From Vicinamibacterales bacterium (GTDB lineage Bacteria > Acidobacteriota > Vicinamibacteria > Vicinamibacterales > 2-12-FULL-66-21), in the NCBI GenBank assembly GCA_040881785.1, contig JBBECO010000271.1, forward strand, positions 1 through 54,810: a DNA stretch of 54,810 nt. Direction: 5' to 3'. Position 1 is the first letter of the stretch; every line of letters starts with the position of its first letter. A program made the position numbers and the translations under genes. The notes below the pieces were generated by a model. It ran no database searches. It was not told the origin of the DNA and saw only the letters and a program-made list of their open reading frames with translations. Shown here one piece after another: positions 42,898 through 53,597 of this stretch.

Positions 42898-43458
42898 GTG
42901 CTCCTGCTGATCGACAACTACGATTCGTTCACCTGGAACCTCGCCCAGTATTTCGGCGAGCTCGGTGCGCCGCCGCTCGTCAAGCGAAACGACGAGCTGA
43001 CGCTCGACGAGGTCGCGGCGCTGCATCCCGAGCGGATCGTGATCTCCCCGGGGCCCGGGCGTCCCGAGCAGGCGGGCATCTCGATCGACCTCATTCGGCG
43101 CTTCGGCCCGACCACGCCGGTCCTGGGCGTCTGTCTCGGCCATCAGGCTATCGGCATGGCGTTTGGCGGCGAGGTCGTCCGCGCGACGAGTCTCATGCAC
43201 GGGAAGGTGTCGTCGGTCGGGCACGACGGCAAAGGCGTGTTCAAGGGAATCTCGCAGCCGTTTACAGCAGCCCGCTATCACTCCCTCATCGTCGCCGATC
43301 CGCTGCCGCCGGATCTCGAAGCCAGCGCGCACGCCGACGACGGCACGCTGATGGGGCTGCGGCATCGCCGCCTGCCGATCCACGGCGTCCAGTTCCATCC
43401 CGAGTCGGTGCTCACGACGGAAGGGCACCAGCTGCTGCGCAATTTCCTGGAGCTCTGA
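42898..43458 (+). CDS. trpG: Anthranilate synthase component II (glutamine amidotransferase)
   Basis: LLIDNYDSFTWNL, GVCLGHQ catalytic Cys, and the GVQFHPES triad region. Confidence 0.95.
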   Translation: MLLLIDNYDSFTWNLAQYFGELGAPPLVKRNDELTLDEVAALHPERIVISPGPGRPEQAGISIDLIRRFGPTTPVLGVCLGHQAIGMAFGGEVVRATSLMHGKVSSVGHDGKGVFKGISQPFTAARYHSLIVADPLPPDLEASAHADDGTLMGLRHRRLPIHGVQFHPESVLTTEGHQLLRNFLEL

Positions 43459-44483
43459 TGTTCGCCCCGCTACTCGAAAAGCTGCACCGCCGAGAGGACC
43501 TCACGACCGACGAAGCCGCGGCGGCGATGGGGGAGATCATGGAAGGCCGCGCGCAGCCGGCGCAGATCGCCGGCCTGCTCGTCGCCCTGCGGATGAAAGG
43601 CGAGCGGCCGGCCGAGATCGTCGGGCTCGCCCGGACGATGCGGGCGCGCGCCACGAAGCTGTCGCGCGCGTTCGCCCCGGCGTTCGATACGTGCGGCACG
43701 GGCGGCGACAGCGCGCACACGTTCAACGTCTCGACCGTCGCCGCGCTCGTGCTCGCCGCGTGCGGCGTGCGGGTCGCCAAACACGGCAACCGATCCGTCT
43801 CGAGCCGCTGCGGCAGCGCCGATCTGTTCGAGGCGCTGGGCGTGAAGATCACGGCGCCCCCCGACATTGTCGAGCGCTGCCTGGACGAGGCCGGCCTGGC
43901 CTTCTTCTTTGCGCCGACGTTCCATCCGTCCATGCGCCACGCCGCCGCCACGCGCCGCGAGCTCGGGATCCGGACGGCGTTCAACCTGTTGGGCCCCTTG
44001 ACCAACCCCGCCGGGGCGTCGCGACAGCTCGTCGGAGTGCCGCGCCCTGAGCTGACGGAGCTCGTGGCCCGGTCGCTGGCGCTCCTGGGCTCGGAACGCG
44101 CCTGGGTCGTGCACGGCGCCGACGGCCTCGACGAGATCTCGACGACCGGCTACACGAAGGTGTCGGAATGCCGCGCCGGGTCGGTCAACACGTTCTACGT
44201 GCATCCCGCGGATTTCCAGTTGCCCAAGGCGGCGCCCGACGCGTTGAAGGGCGGGGATGCGGCCGAGAACGCCGTCATCGCGCAGCGCATTCTCTCGGGT
44301 GAGCGGGGCGCGCCGCGCGACATCGTGCTGCTGAACGCCGCGGTCTCGCTGTTCATTGCGGGGACCGTGGCGACGGTACCCGAGGGCATCGCGCGCGCCG
44401 CGGCGGCCATTGACAGCGGCGCGGCGGCCGGGGTCCTCGATCGCCTGGTGGCGGTGTCGAACGCCGGGGGCACCGGCTCATGA
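43458..44483 (+). CDS. trpD: Anthranilate phosphoribosyltransferase
   Basis: DTCGTGGDSAHTFNVST and KHGNRSVSS motifs. 1-nt TGATG overlap with trpG. Confidence 0.95.
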   Translation: MFAPLLEKLHRREDLTTDEAAAAMGEIMEGRAQPAQIAGLLVALRMKGERPAEIVGLARTMRARATKLSRAFAPAFDTCGTGGDSAHTFNVSTVAALVLAACGVRVAKHGNRSVSSRCGSADLFEALGVKITAPPDIVERCLDEAGLAFFFAPTFHPSMRHAAATRRELGIRTAFNLLGPLTNPAGASRQLVGVPRPELTELVARSLALLGSERAWVVHGADGLDEISTTGYTKVSECRAGSVNTFYVHPADFQLPKAAPDALKGGDAAENAVIAQRILSGERGAPRDIVLLNAAVSLFIAGTVATVPEGIARAAAAIDSGAAAGVLDRLVAVSNAGGTGS

Positions 44484-45280
44484 CGGCGACCGCTTCGACG
44501 CCCGACCTGCTGGGTGCGATCGTCGCGGCGGCGCGTGCCGCCGTGGCGGACCGCGCCGTCCTGTGCCCGATCGAGCGGCTCGTCGAAGAACAGACCTACA
44601 CGCCGCGCGGGGACGCGTTCGCGGCGGCCCTGCGGACGAGCGCCGCCCCGCGCATCATCGCCGAGTGCAAGCGGCGGTCGCCGTCGCGCGGCATCCTGCG
44701 CCAGCAGTACCGCCCTGTCGCGCACGCGCGCGCATACGCCGCGGCGGGCGCCGCCGCGATCTCGGTCCTCACCGAGCCGACGTTCTTCGACGGTGAACCT
44801 GCGCACCTGGCCGCTGTGAGAGCCGCCGTCCCGACACCCCTGCTGCGCAAGGACTTCATCGTGACGGAGTACCAGGTGCACGAATCCGCCGTGCTCGGCG
44901 CCGACGCCGTGCTGCTGATTGCGGCGGCGCTCTCCGATGGCGAGCTGCGGCGTCTGCGCCAGTGTGCCGTCTCCCTTGGGCTGGCCGCGCTCGTCGAGGT
45001 CCACAGCCGGGCGGAGCTCGATCGCGCCCTGGCGGCCGGCGCGGAGGTCATCGGCGTGAACCGCAGAAATCTGCGGACGCTGGAGGTGGATCTCGACGTG
45101 GTCGTCACGCTGGCAGCCGCCATCCCGGACGCCATCGTCTCGGTGGCCGAAAGCGGCATCCGCACGGCCGACGACATCCGCCGCTTGACGGCCCTCGGCT
45201 ACGACGCGTTCCTGATCGGCGAGCGTCTCATCACACAGCCCGATCCCGGCGCCGCGCTGGAGGCGCTGCGCGCGCCATGA
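44480..45280 (+). CDS. trpC: Indole-3-glycerol phosphate synthase
   Basis: IAECKRRSPS.G, ISVLTEPTFF.G and LRKDFI motifs. ATGA overlap with trpD. Confidence 0.95.
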   Translation: MTATASTPDLLGAIVAAARAAVADRAVLCPIERLVEEQTYTPRGDAFAAALRTSAAPRIIAECKRRSPSRGILRQQYRPVAHARAYAAAGAAAISVLTEPTFFDGEPAHLAAVRAAVPTPLLRKDFIVTEYQVHESAVLGADAVLLIAAALSDGELRRLRQCAVSLGLAALVEVHSRAELDRALAAGAEVIGVNRRNLRTLEVDLDVVVTLAAAIPDAIVSVAESGIRTADDIRRLTALGYDAFLIGERLITQPDPGAALEALRAP

Positions 45281-45909
45281 CCCTCGTGAAGATCTGCGGC
45301 ATCACGCGGCTCGACGATGCACAGCTGGCGGTGGAGCTCGGGGCCTCCGCCATCGGGTTCGTCTTCTGGCCCTCGAGCCCGCGGTACATTCCTCCGTCGC
45401 GCGCGGCCGAGATCGTCGAAGCGCTGCCGCCGCGCGTGGCCTTCATCGGGGTCTTCGTGGACCAGACACGCAATTTCGTGTGGAACGCGGCCGAACAGGT
45501 GGGGCTGACCGCCCTGCAGCTTCACGGTGAGGAGACGCTGGCGTTCGCGGCGACACTGCCCCGGCCTGTCATCAAGGCGGTGCCGGTCGCCACCGACTTC
45601 TCGCTCGAGGCGGTCATGGACATTCCGCGGTCGATCACGGTGCTGCTCGATGCCCACGATCCGGTCAGGCGCGGGGGAACCGGTGAAACGATCGACTGGT
45701 CGGCCGCCGCCGCGGTCGCCTGGCGCCGCCCGATCTTCCTGTCGGGGGGCTTGCACGCCGGGAACATCCGCGAGGCCATCGCCCGCGTGAATCCCCATGC
45801 CGTCGATATCTCATCGGGGGTGGAATCGGCACCGGGGATCAAGGATCCCGCGAAGCTGCGCGCGCTCTTCGCCGCACTCGATCGAGAGGAGGAGGCCGAT
45901 GACGATTGA
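45277..45909 (+). CDS. trpF: Phosphoribosylanthranilate isomerase
   Basis: [15 protein letters not shown] start, [23 protein letters not shown] overlap with trpC. Confidence 0.9.
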   Translation: MTLVKICGITRLDDAQLAVELGASAIGFVFWPSSPRYIPPSRAAEIVEALPPRVAFIGVFVDQTRNFVWNAAEQVGLTALQLHGEETLAFAATLPRPVIKAVPVATDFSLEAVMDIPRSITVLLDAHDPVRRGGTGETIDWSAAAAVAWRRPIFLSGGLHAGNIREAIARVNPHAVDISSGVESAPGIKDPAKLRALFAALDREEEADDD

Positions 45910-47119
45910 CGCCGCGCCGTCGTTCGGCAGGCGGGATCCCGATGCGCGCGGCTACTTCGGCGCCTACGGAGGGCGCTTCGTCCCCGAGACGCTCGTCGCG
46001 CCGGTACAGGAGCTCGAACGCGCCTACTTCGAGGCGCGCCGCGATCCAGCCTTCCGCGACGAGCTGGTGCGGCTGCTGCGCGACTACGTCGGCCGCGCGA
46101 CGCCGCTCTACGAGGCGCGCCGGCTCTCCACCGCCCTCGGCGGCGCGCGCATCTTCCTGAAGCGGGAGGATCTCGCGCACACCGGCGCTCACAAGATCAA
46201 CAACGCGCTCGGCCAGGCCCTGCTGGCGCAGCGCATGGGCAAGCGCCGCATCGTCGCCGAGACCGGCGCCGGGCAGCACGGGGTCGCGACCGCGACCGTC
46301 TGCGCGTTGCTCGGGCTCGAGTGTCACGTCTATATGGGCGTCGAGGACATGGAGCGGCAGGCGCTCAACGTCTTCCGCATGCGCCTGCTCGGCGCGACCG
46401 TGCGCCCGGTGGACGCCGGCAGCCGCACGCTCAAGGACGCGATCAACGAGGCCATGCGTGACTGGGTCACCCATGTCGCCGACACGTACTACCTCCTGGG
46501 GTCGGTGCTCGGACCGCACCCGTATCCCCTCATGGTGCGCGAGTTCCAGTCGGTCATCGGGCAGGAAGCGCGCGCCCAGATCCTCGACGCCACTGGACGA
46601 CTGCCGGAGGCCGTGGTGGCCTGCATCGGCGGCGGCAGCAACGCGATGGGGATCTTCGACGCGTTCATCGACGACGCGTCGGTCCGCCTGATCGGCGTCG
46701 AGGCCGGCGGACGCGGCATCCGCCCGGGCCAGCATGCGGCGCGTTTCGCCGGCGGAGCGGCCGGTGTCCTTCAAGGCACGCGCAGCTACGTCCTGCAGGA
46801 CGACGACGGCAACATCGAATTGACGCATTCCATCTCTGCCGGCCTCGACTACGCCGCGATCGGCCCCGAACACGCTTCGCTTCACGAATCCGGACGAGCG
46901 GAATACACCTGGATCGATGACGAGGACGCGCTGGCGGCGTTCGAGCGTCTGGGCCGCGAGGAGGGGATCCTGCCGGCGCTGGAGTCGTCGCACGCCGTGG
47001 CCCACGCGTGCCGGCTGGCGCCGGAACTCGGTGCCGGCGCCGTGCTGATCGTCAACCTCTCCGGCCGCGGCGACAAGGACGTCCAGACCGTCCAGAAAGT
47101 GCTGGAGGGACGCGGCTGA
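45899..47119 (+). CDS. trpB: Tryptophan synthase beta chain
   Basis: [14 protein letters not shown], the [12 protein letters not shown]-lysine motif, and ETGAGQHG. It overlaps the trpF end by 11 nt. Confidence 0.95.
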   Translation: MTIDAAPSFGRRDPDARGYFGAYGGRFVPETLVAPVQELERAYFEARRDPAFRDELVRLLRDYVGRATPLYEARRLSTALGGARIFLKREDLAHTGAHKINNALGQALLAQRMGKRRIVAETGAGQHGVATATVCALLGLECHVYMGVEDMERQALNVFRMRLLGATVRPVDAGSRTLKDAINEAMRDWVTHVADTYYLLGSVLGPHPYPLMVREFQSVIGQEARAQILDATGRLPEAVVACIGGGSNAMGIFDAFIDDASVRLIGVEAGGRGIRPGQHAARFAGGAAGVLQGTRSYVLQDDDGNIELTHSISAGLDYAAIGPEHASLHESGRAEYTWIDDEDALAAFERLGREEGILPALESSHAVAHACRLAPELGAGAVLIVNLSGRGDKDVQTVQKVLEGRG

Positions 47120-47907
47120 TGGGACGTCTGGCCACCACGTTCGACGAGCTGCGGAAGGCTGGCCGCGGCGGACTCGTGGCGTATGTGACGGCCGGTGACC
47201 CTGACGCCGAGACGTCGCAGGAAATCCTCATCGCTCTGGCCGACGGGGGCGCCGACGTCATCGAGGTCGGCGTGCCGTTCTCGGATCCGCTCGCCGACGG
47301 TCCGGTGATTCAGCGCGCCAGCGAACGTGCCCTGGCGGCCGGCATGACGCTGCGCGGCGCGCTCGCGCTCGTGAAGGCCGTGCGACAGCAGGTCGCGACG
47401 CCGATCGTGCTCTTCACGTATGCCAATCCGGTCGTCCGGATGGATCCGCAGGCCTTCGCGCAGGCCGCGAGCGACGCCGGCGTGGACGGCGTGCTGATTC
47501 TCGACTATCCGGTGGAGGAGGCTGAACCGCTGCGCGGACCGCTCGTGGACGCCGGACTGGACCCGATCTTCCTCATCAGCCCGACCACCAGCGACGAGCG
47601 GATCCGTCGGGCATCCGCGCTCGGCGCGGGATTTCTGTATGTGATCTCCCGGCTCGGTGTCACGGGCGCGCGCGACGAGATGGCCGGCGACGCCGGCGCG
47701 CTGGTCGCACGCATCCGGCGGCACGCGACCCTCCCGGTGGCGCTCGGTTTCGGGATCTCCCGCCCGGAGCACGTGGCTGAAGCCTGCCGCCACGCCGACG
47801 CCGCCGTCGTCGGGAGCGCAATCGTGAACGTGATCGCGAAGCACGGCCGGAACGGGGCCGGAGAGGCGGTGCGCGAGTATGTGCGATGGCTGAAAAGCGC
47901 CCTGTGA
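47119..47907 (+). CDS. trpA: Tryptophan synthase alpha chain
   Basis: GADVIEVGVPFSDPLADGPVIQ motif. 1-nt TGATG overlap with trpB. Confidence 0.95.
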   Translation: MGRLATTFDELRKAGRGGLVAYVTAGDPDAETSQEILIALADGGADVIEVGVPFSDPLADGPVIQRASERALAAGMTLRGALALVKAVRQQVATPIVLFTYANPVVRMDPQAFAQAASDAGVDGVLILDYPVEEAEPLRGPLVDAGLDPIFLISPTTSDERIRRASALGAGFLYVISRLGVTGARDEMAGDAGALVARIRRHATLPVALGFGISRPEHVAEACRHADAAVVGSAIVNVIAKHGRNGAGEAVREYVRWLKSAL

Positions 47908-48176
47908 TGTCGATCGACGAGCTGCGCCGGCGGATCGACGAGATCGACACCGACCTCGTCGCGTTGCTCAATGCCCGGGCCGAGTGCGCCCTGGCGATCG
48001 GCCAGGCCAAGAAAGCCGCCGGGCTGGACCTCTACCAGCCGGCGCGGGAATCGGACGTCCTGCACCACGTGCAGCACATCAACGGCGGTCCGCTGGACGA
48101 CGAGGCCGTGAAGCGCCTGTTCGAACGGATCATCGACGAGGCCAGACGCCTGGAGCGACTGGCGGACTTAGAATAG
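47907..48176 (+). CDS. Chorismate mutase (AroQ class)
   Basis: MSIDELRRRIDEIDTDLVALLNARAECALAIGQAKK is typical of AroQ CM. The preferred start gives a 1-nt TGATG overlap with trpA. An alternative ATG exists at 47886. Confidence 0.85.
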   Translation: MSIDELRRRIDEIDTDLVALLNARAECALAIGQAKKAAGLDLYQPARESDVLHHVQHINGGPLDDEAVKRLFERIIDEARRLERLADLE

Positions 48177-48216
48177 AGAGTGAGCATCCGGCACTCCGAA
48201 AGCAGCATTGCTTCTT

Positions 48217-49263
48217 ATGGTTATCGTCATGCAGGAACGCGCGACCGGCGAGCAGGTCGAGCGCGTCATCGCCCAGCTGGTTGAAATGGGGTTCGACATC
48301 CACCGGTCCACCGGCGCCCTGCGCACGGTGATCGGGGCGGTCGGCGGCAAAACGGCGGATCCGCGGCTCATCGAACTGCTCGATGGCGTCCAGGAAGTGC
48401 TGCGCATCACCGAGCCGTACAAGCTCGCGAGCCGCAGCTTCAAACCCGAGAACACGGTCATCAGCGTCGGCGACGTCCGCATCGGCGGGGATGAAGTCAT
48501 CGTGATGGCCGGACCGTGCTCGGCTGAAACGCCGGAACAGGTGGACGCGGCGGCGGCCGCGGTCAAGCGGGCGGGCGCCAAAATCCTGCGGGGGGGTGCG
48601 TACAAACCGCGCAGTTCGCCGTACAGCTTCCAGGGCCTCGGCGAGGAGGGCCTGCGGATGCTCCGCGGCGCGGCAGACCGTCACCACCTCAAGCTGATCT
48701 CCGAGGTCATGGACATCAGCCAGATCGAGACGATCGAGAAGTACGCGGACATCCTGCAGGTCGGCGCGCGGAACATGCAGAACTACACGCTGCTGCGCGA
48801 GCTGGGCAAGTCGAAAGCGCCGGTGATGCTGAAGCGCGGGATCTCGGCGACGATCGAGGAGTGGCTGCTCTCGGCCGAGTACATCCTGGCCGGCGGCAAC
48901 ATGAACGTGACGCTCTGCGAGCGCGGCATCCGGACGTTCGAGAGCTACACCCGCAACACGCTGGATATTTCCGCCATCCCGGTCGTCCAGCAGTTGAGCC
49001 ATCTGCCGATCATCGTGGACCCGAGTCATGGCACCGGACGGCGGGACAAGGTTGCCTCGATGGCGCGTGCGGCGGTGGCGGCCGGCGCGGACGGCCTGAT
49101 CATCGAGGTGCACTGTGATCCGGATCACGCGATGAGTGACGGGGCGCAGTCGATGTTCCCGGCGCAGTTCGACCGCCTGATGGCGGAGCTGCGGATCATC
49201 GCGCCGGCCATCGGCCGCAGCATCTGCCTCGAGCCGGTGGCGCGCCGCGGCTGGAGCCGCTAG
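48217..49263 (+). CDS. 3-deoxy-7-phosphoheptulonate (DAHP) synthase, type I-beta, with an N-terminal ferredoxin-like regulatory domain
   Basis: Collinear with Thermotoga-type DAHPS as recalled from memory: MVIVMQ...RTVIGAVGG regulatory domain, then [49 protein letters not shown] and DPSH. Confidence 0.9.
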   Translation: MVIVMQERATGEQVERVIAQLVEMGFDIHRSTGALRTVIGAVGGKTADPRLIELLDGVQEVLRITEPYKLASRSFKPENTVISVGDVRIGGDEVIVMAGPCSAETPEQVDAAAAAVKRAGAKILRGGAYKPRSSPYSFQGLGEEGLRMLRGAADRHHLKLISEVMDISQIETIEKYADILQVGARNMQNYTLLRELGKSKAPVMLKRGISATIEEWLLSAEYILAGGNMNVTLCERGIRTFESYTRNTLDISAIPVVQQLSHLPIIVDPSHGTGRRDKVASMARAAVAAGADGLIIEVHCDPDHAMSDGAQSMFPAQFDRLMAELRIIAPAIGRSICLEPVARRGWSR

Positions 49264-49266
49264 GGC

Positions 49267-50061
49267 GTGCGACGGGTCGCGATCGTCGGCCGCGGGCTCA
49301 TCGGCGGTTCGATCGAGCGCGCGGCGCGCGAGCGCCTTCCCGGCCTCGAGCTGATCGTCCTCGACCGCGGTGACGCCCTGACTGCGGCGGCGAACGCCGA
49401 CCTCATCGTGCTGTCGGCGCCGATCGGGGAGATCGTCGGCCTCCTCGGCGCGCTGCGACCGATTGTCACGCCCGCCACCCTCATCACGGATACCGGGAGC
49501 ACGAAGGCCGCGATCGTATCGGCCGCCTCCGGCCTGCGCTTCATTGGTGGACACCCGATCGCCGGAGCGGCCGCGTCGGGCCTGGCGGCGGCGCGCGCGG
49601 ACCTCTTCGCCGGCCGTCCGTGGGTCCTGACGCCCGCGGCCGGTAGTGATCCCGGTGACCTGGAGCGCCTGCGGGCGTTCGTCAGCAGCCTCGGCGCCCG
49701 CCCGTACACGCTGGACGCCGCCGAGCACGATCGCCTCTTTGCCTACGTCAGTCACCTGCCGCAGCTCGTCGTCAGCGCGCTGATGGATGTCGTGGGGACG
49801 GCTGTGGGCGCGGAGGGGCTGGCGCTCGCCGGATCAGGCTTGCGCGACAGCACCCGCCTCGCGAGCAGCCCGCCGGCGATCTGGCGGGACATAGCGAGTA
49901 CCAACCAGGCCCACATCGGTCCCGCCATTGACGCGCTCATCGAAGCACTCGAGACCCTGCGGTCCGACAACGCCGCCTCGCTGACCGCCACCTTCGAGCG
50001 GGCGGCGCGGTGGCGGGCTGCCCTGGAGGGGGCGGAGCCTCGTGGGGTCAGCTCGATATAA
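49267..50061 (+). CDS. tyrA: Prephenate dehydrogenase
   Basis: [12 protein letters not shown] Rossmann motif, GGHPIAG, and the SHLPQLV motif typical of TyrA. Confidence 0.85.
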   Translation: MRRVAIVGRGLIGGSIERAARERLPGLELIVLDRGDALTAAANADLIVLSAPIGEIVGLLGALRPIVTPATLITDTGSTKAAIVSAASGLRFIGGHPIAGAAASGLAAARADLFAGRPWVLTPAAGSDPGDLERLRAFVSSLGARPYTLDAAEHDRLFAYVSHLPQLVVSALMDVVGTAVGAEGLALAGSGLRDSTRLASSPPAIWRDIASTNQAHIGPAIDALIEALETLRSDNAASLTATFERAARWRAALEGAEPRGVSSI

Positions 50062-50062
50062 T
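50057..50062 (+). promoter_or_regulatory. Candidate -10 box (TATAAT), 10 nt upstream of the ATG at 50073
   Basis: Perfect TATAAT overlapping the tyrA stop codon (50059-50061). No Shine-Dalgarno before the acetoacetyl-CoA synthetase ATG. Confidence 0.4.
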
Positions 50063-50072
50063 TCGAAAGCAG

Positions 50073-52013
50073 ATGCCCCCTCTGTGGTCTCCCTCTCCCG
50101 AGCGTATCGCCCGCGCGCGGCTCACGCACTTCATGCGGCACGTCGAGCGGCAGTGGACAGTGCAGGCGGCCGACTACGACGCGCTCTACGCGTTCTCCAT
50201 CACACGGCCGCAGGATTTCTGGCGGTCGGTCTGGGACTTCTGCGGCATCATCGGCACGCCCGGCGAGCGCGCGGCCATCCACCTCGAGCGGATGCCGGGC
50301 GCGGAATTCTTCCCCGATGCGCGCCTGAACTTTGCGGAGAACGTGCTGCGGCAGCGGGGGAGCGGGCCGGCGATCATCTTCAACGGCGAAAACCAGCGCA
50401 GACGGACGCTCAGCCACGACGAGCTGCGCGACGAGGTCGGACGCGTCGCGTCGGCGCTGCGCGCGGCGGGCATCGGCCCCGGCGACCGCGTCGCGGCCTA
50501 CATCCCCAACATGCCGGAGGCGATCATCGGCGCGCTCGCCGCCGCCTCGATCGGGGCCGTGTGGTCGTCGTGCTCACCGGACTTCGGGGTGCAGGGACTG
50601 CTCGACCGCTTCGGACAGATCGAACCCCGCGTCCTCATTGCCGCCGACGGCTACTTCTACGGCGGCAAGACCCATGACACCCGCCCGAGGATCGCCGCCG
50701 CCCTCGCGCAGCTGCCGACGGTCGAAAAGGTCGTCATCGTGCCGTATGTCGAAGCCGAGCCCTCGCTCGATGGCATCCGGGACGCGGTGACCTGGGACCA
50801 CTTCATCGAAGGACAGTCGACGACGCTGGACTTCGCGCCCCTGCCGTTCAACCATCCGCTGTACATCCTCTATTCGTCCGGCACCACCGGCATTCCGAAG
50901 TGCATCGTCCATGGGGCCGGCGGCACGCTGATCCAGCACCTCAAGGAACATCAGCTCCACTGTGACGTCCAGCCCGGAGACCGTGTTTTCTATTTCACGA
51001 CGTGCGGCTGGATGATGTGGAACTGGCTCGTGACGGCGCTGGCCTCCGAGGCCACGCTGTTGTTGTACGACGGCTCCCCGTTTCACCCCGACGGCCGGGT
51101 GCTCTTCGACTTCGCCGACGAGACCTCGATGACGCTCTTCGGGACGTCGGCGAAATTCATCGACGCCGTCAACAAGGCGGGGCTGGCGCCGATCGACACG
51201 CACGCGCTCGCGAGCGTGAGGACGATGACCTCGACGGGGTCGCCGCTCGCGCCCGAGAGCTTCGACTTCGTGTATGCGCGGATCAAGACAGACCTTCACC
51301 TGGCCTCGATCTCAGGCGGCACCGACATCGTGAGCTGTTTCGTCGGCGGCAATCCGATCGGACCGGTGTGGCGCGGCGAGATTCAGTGCCGCGCGCTCGG
51401 CATGAAGGTCGAGGTCTTCGACGAGGACGGCCGCGCGGTCGTCGGCGAGAAAGGAGAGCTCGTCTGCACGATGCCGTTTCCATCGATGCCGGTGGGCTTC
51501 TGGAACGACCCCGACGGCCGCAAGTACCACGCGGCCTATTTCGACACATACCCCGGCGTCTGGCGCCATGGCGACTGGGTCGAGCTGACGGAACACGGCG
51601 GCGTGATCATTTACGGCCGCTCCGACGCCGTCCTGAACCCCGGCGGCGTCCGCATCGGCACCGCGGAGATCTACCGCCAGGTCGAACAGCTCGATGAGAT
51701 CGTGGAAAGCGTCGTGATCGGCCAGCAGTGGGACGGCGACGAGCGCATCGTGCTCTTCGTGAAGCTCAGGGACGGCGCGGCGCTGACCGGCGGGCTGCAG
51801 GATCGCATCCGCCGCCGCATCCGCGAGCACACCTCGCCGCGCCACGTGCCGGCAAAGATCCTGCAGATCACCGACGTGCCGCGGACGAAGAGCGGCAAGG
51901 TCGTCGAACTGGCCGTTCGCGACGTCGTCCACGGCCGCGACGTGAAGAACCGCGAGGCGCTCGCGAATCCCGAAGCGCTCGAACAATACAGGAATCGTCC
52001 GGAGCTCATATGA
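50073..52013 (+). CDS. Acetoacetate--CoA ligase (acetoacetyl-CoA synthetase)
   Basis: N-terminus [19 protein letters not shown] typical of AACS. AMP-binding [15 protein letters not shown]-terminal PRTKSGK. The ORF-track start at 50010 overlaps tyrA. Confidence 0.9.
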   Translation: MPPLWSPSPERIARARLTHFMRHVERQWTVQAADYDALYAFSITRPQDFWRSVWDFCGIIGTPGERAAIHLERMPGAEFFPDARLNFAENVLRQRGSGPAIIFNGENQRRRTLSHDELRDEVGRVASALRAAGIGPGDRVAAYIPNMPEAIIGALAAASIGAVWSSCSPDFGVQGLLDRFGQIEPRVLIAADGYFYGGKTHDTRPRIAAALAQLPTVEKVVIVPYVEAEPSLDGIRDAVTWDHFIEGQSTTLDFAPLPFNHPLYILYSSGTTGIPKCIVHGAGGTLIQHLKEHQLHCDVQPGDRVFYFTTCGWMMWNWLVTALASEATLLLYDGSPFHPDGRVLFDFADETSMTLFGTSAKFIDAVNKAGLAPIDTHALASVRTMTSTGSPLAPESFDFVYARIKTDLHLASISGGTDIVSCFVGGNPIGPVWRGEIQCRALGMKVEVFDEDGRAVVGEKGELVCTMPFPSMPVGFWNDPDGRKYHAAYFDTYPGVWRHGDWVELTEHGGVIIYGRSDAVLNPGGVRIGTAEIYRQVEQLDEIVESVVIGQQWDGDERIVLFVKLRDGAALTGGLQDRIRRRIREHTSPRHVPAKILQITDVPRTKSGKVVELAVRDVVHGRDVKNREALANPEALEQYRNRPELI

Positions 52014-53191
52014 CCAACGCTGTGATTCTCTCTGCCTGCCGAACGCCGATCGGCGCCTTCGGGGGCACACTGAAAGACCTCTCGGCCGCCGACCTTGGCG
52101 CCATCGTGATCCGCGAGGCCATTGCGCGCGCCGGCATCGACGCCGCCGACCTCGGTGACGTCATCCTGGGCTGCGTGCTGCAGGGGGGCGCCGGCATGAA
52201 CGTGGCCCGGCAGGCCGCCCTCAAGGCCGGCGTGCCGGTGGAAGTGCCGGCTGAGACCATCAACCGCGTCTGCGGTTCGGGGCTCCAGGCCGTGGTGCAC
52301 GCGGTCGAGGCCGTCAAGGCCGGATACGTGGATCTGATCCTCGCCGGCGGCACCGAGTCGATGAGCAACGCTCCCTACATCATGCGCGGCGCACGCTGGG
52401 GCTACAGAATGGGCAATGGCGAGCTGATCGACTCGCTGGTTGCCGAAGGGCTGACGTGCGCGATCAAGGGCTGTCACATGGGCAACACCGCCGAAGAGAT
52501 CGTGAAGCGCTTCGACGTGGCACGGACGGACCAGGACGCCTTCGCCGCAGAGAGCCAGCGTCGCGCCCGGCAGGCGATCAGCGGCGGTGCGTTCACCGCC
52601 GAGATCGTGGCCGTCGAGATCCCGCAGAAGAAGGGGCCGGCGATCCGCCTGGACACGGACGAATATCCGCGCGCCGGCACGACCGCTGAAACGCTGGCGG
52701 CCCTGAGGCCGGCGTTCGCGAAGGAGGGGACGGTCACCGCGGGCAATGCGTCGGGAATCAACGACGGCGCCGCTGCGCTCGTCGTGTCCACCGAGGAGCG
52801 GGCCGCCGCGCTCGGCAGGCGGCCGCTGGCCCGCATCCTGTCGTACTGCACGACCGGGGTGGATCCGATGATCATGGGCATGGGCCCGGTCGAGGCGCTG
52901 AAACGGGCCGCACAGCGGGCGAATCTGTCGCTCGAGCAGCTCGACCTGCTCGAGTTGAACGAAGCGTTCGCCTCGCAGTCACTCGCCGTGGTTCGCGAAT
53001 TGAAGCTGGACCCGTCGAAGGTCAACGTCCACGGCGGCGCCATCGCGCTGGGCCACCCCCTGGGTGCCAGCGGCGCACGGATTCTGACGACGCTGGTGCA
53101 TGCGTTGAAGGCGCGCGGGGGCGGACGTGGAGCCGCGGCGCTCTGCGTCGGCGGCGGCATGGGCACGGCGATGGTCGTCGAGGCGATGTAG
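52010..53191 (+). CDS. Acetyl-CoA C-acetyltransferase (thiolase II)
   Basis: [12 protein letters not shown] active-site Cys, [21 protein letters not shown] and CVGGGMG motifs. ATGA overlap with the upstream gene. Confidence 0.95.
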   Translation: MTNAVILSACRTPIGAFGGTLKDLSAADLGAIVIREAIARAGIDAADLGDVILGCVLQGGAGMNVARQAALKAGVPVEVPAETINRVCGSGLQAVVHAVEAVKAGYVDLILAGGTESMSNAPYIMRGARWGYRMGNGELIDSLVAEGLTCAIKGCHMGNTAEEIVKRFDVARTDQDAFAAESQRRARQAISGGAFTAEIVAVEIPQKKGPAIRLDTDEYPRAGTTAETLAALRPAFAKEGTVTAGNASGINDGAAALVVSTEERAAALGRRPLARILSYCTTGVDPMIMGMGPVEALKRAAQRANLSLEQLDLLELNEAFASQSLAVVRELKLDPSKVNVHGGAIALGHPLGASGARILTTLVHALKARGGGRGAAALCVGGGMGTAMVVEAM

Positions 53192-53587
53192 ATGCGGATC
53201 CGCCGCGCGGTCATCGACGCGGTGGTCGGCCACGCACGGCGGGAGGACCCGATGGAATGCTGCGGCCTGCTGATCGGCGCAGGGGACGATGTGCTCGAGA
53301 GCCGCCCGGCGCGGAATCTGCGTCAGAGCCGGACCGCCTACCTCGTGGACCCGGAGGATCATTTCGCCGCGATCCGTGCGGCCCGCGCCGCCGGCCTGGC
53401 GGTAGTGGGCGGGTACCACTCGCACCCGAGGTCGATACCGGTGCCGTCGGTTACCGACATCGCCGAGGCCACCGACCCGGAGTTCCTATACGTGATCGTC
53501 TCGCTCGCGGCCACCGAACCGGAGATCGCCGCCTACCGAATCAGGAGTGGGGTGGCTTTCCCATTTCCCATTTCCCATTTCCCATAG
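53192..53587 (+). CDS. JAMM/MPN+ (Mov34) family metalloprotease
   Basis: ECCGLL (Glu) and HSHPRSIPVPSVTD (HxHx7Sx2D) motifs. The ATG immediately follows the thiolase stop. Confidence 0.85.
   Translation: MRIRRAVIDAVVGHARREDPMECCGLLIGAGDDVLESRPARNLRQSRTAYLVDPEDHFAAIRAARAAGLAVVGGYHSHPRSIPVPSVTDIAEATDPEFLYVIVSLAATEPEIAAYRIRSGVAFPFPISHFP
53557..53584 (+). repeat. Four tandem 7-bp repeats (TTTCCCA)4 at the 3' end of the JAMM gene
   Basis: Units at 53557-53563, 53564-53570, 53571-53577 and 53578-53584, followed directly by the TAG stop. They encode FPFPISHFP. Confidence 0.9.
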
Positions 53588-53597
53588 GTCCGGCCCG

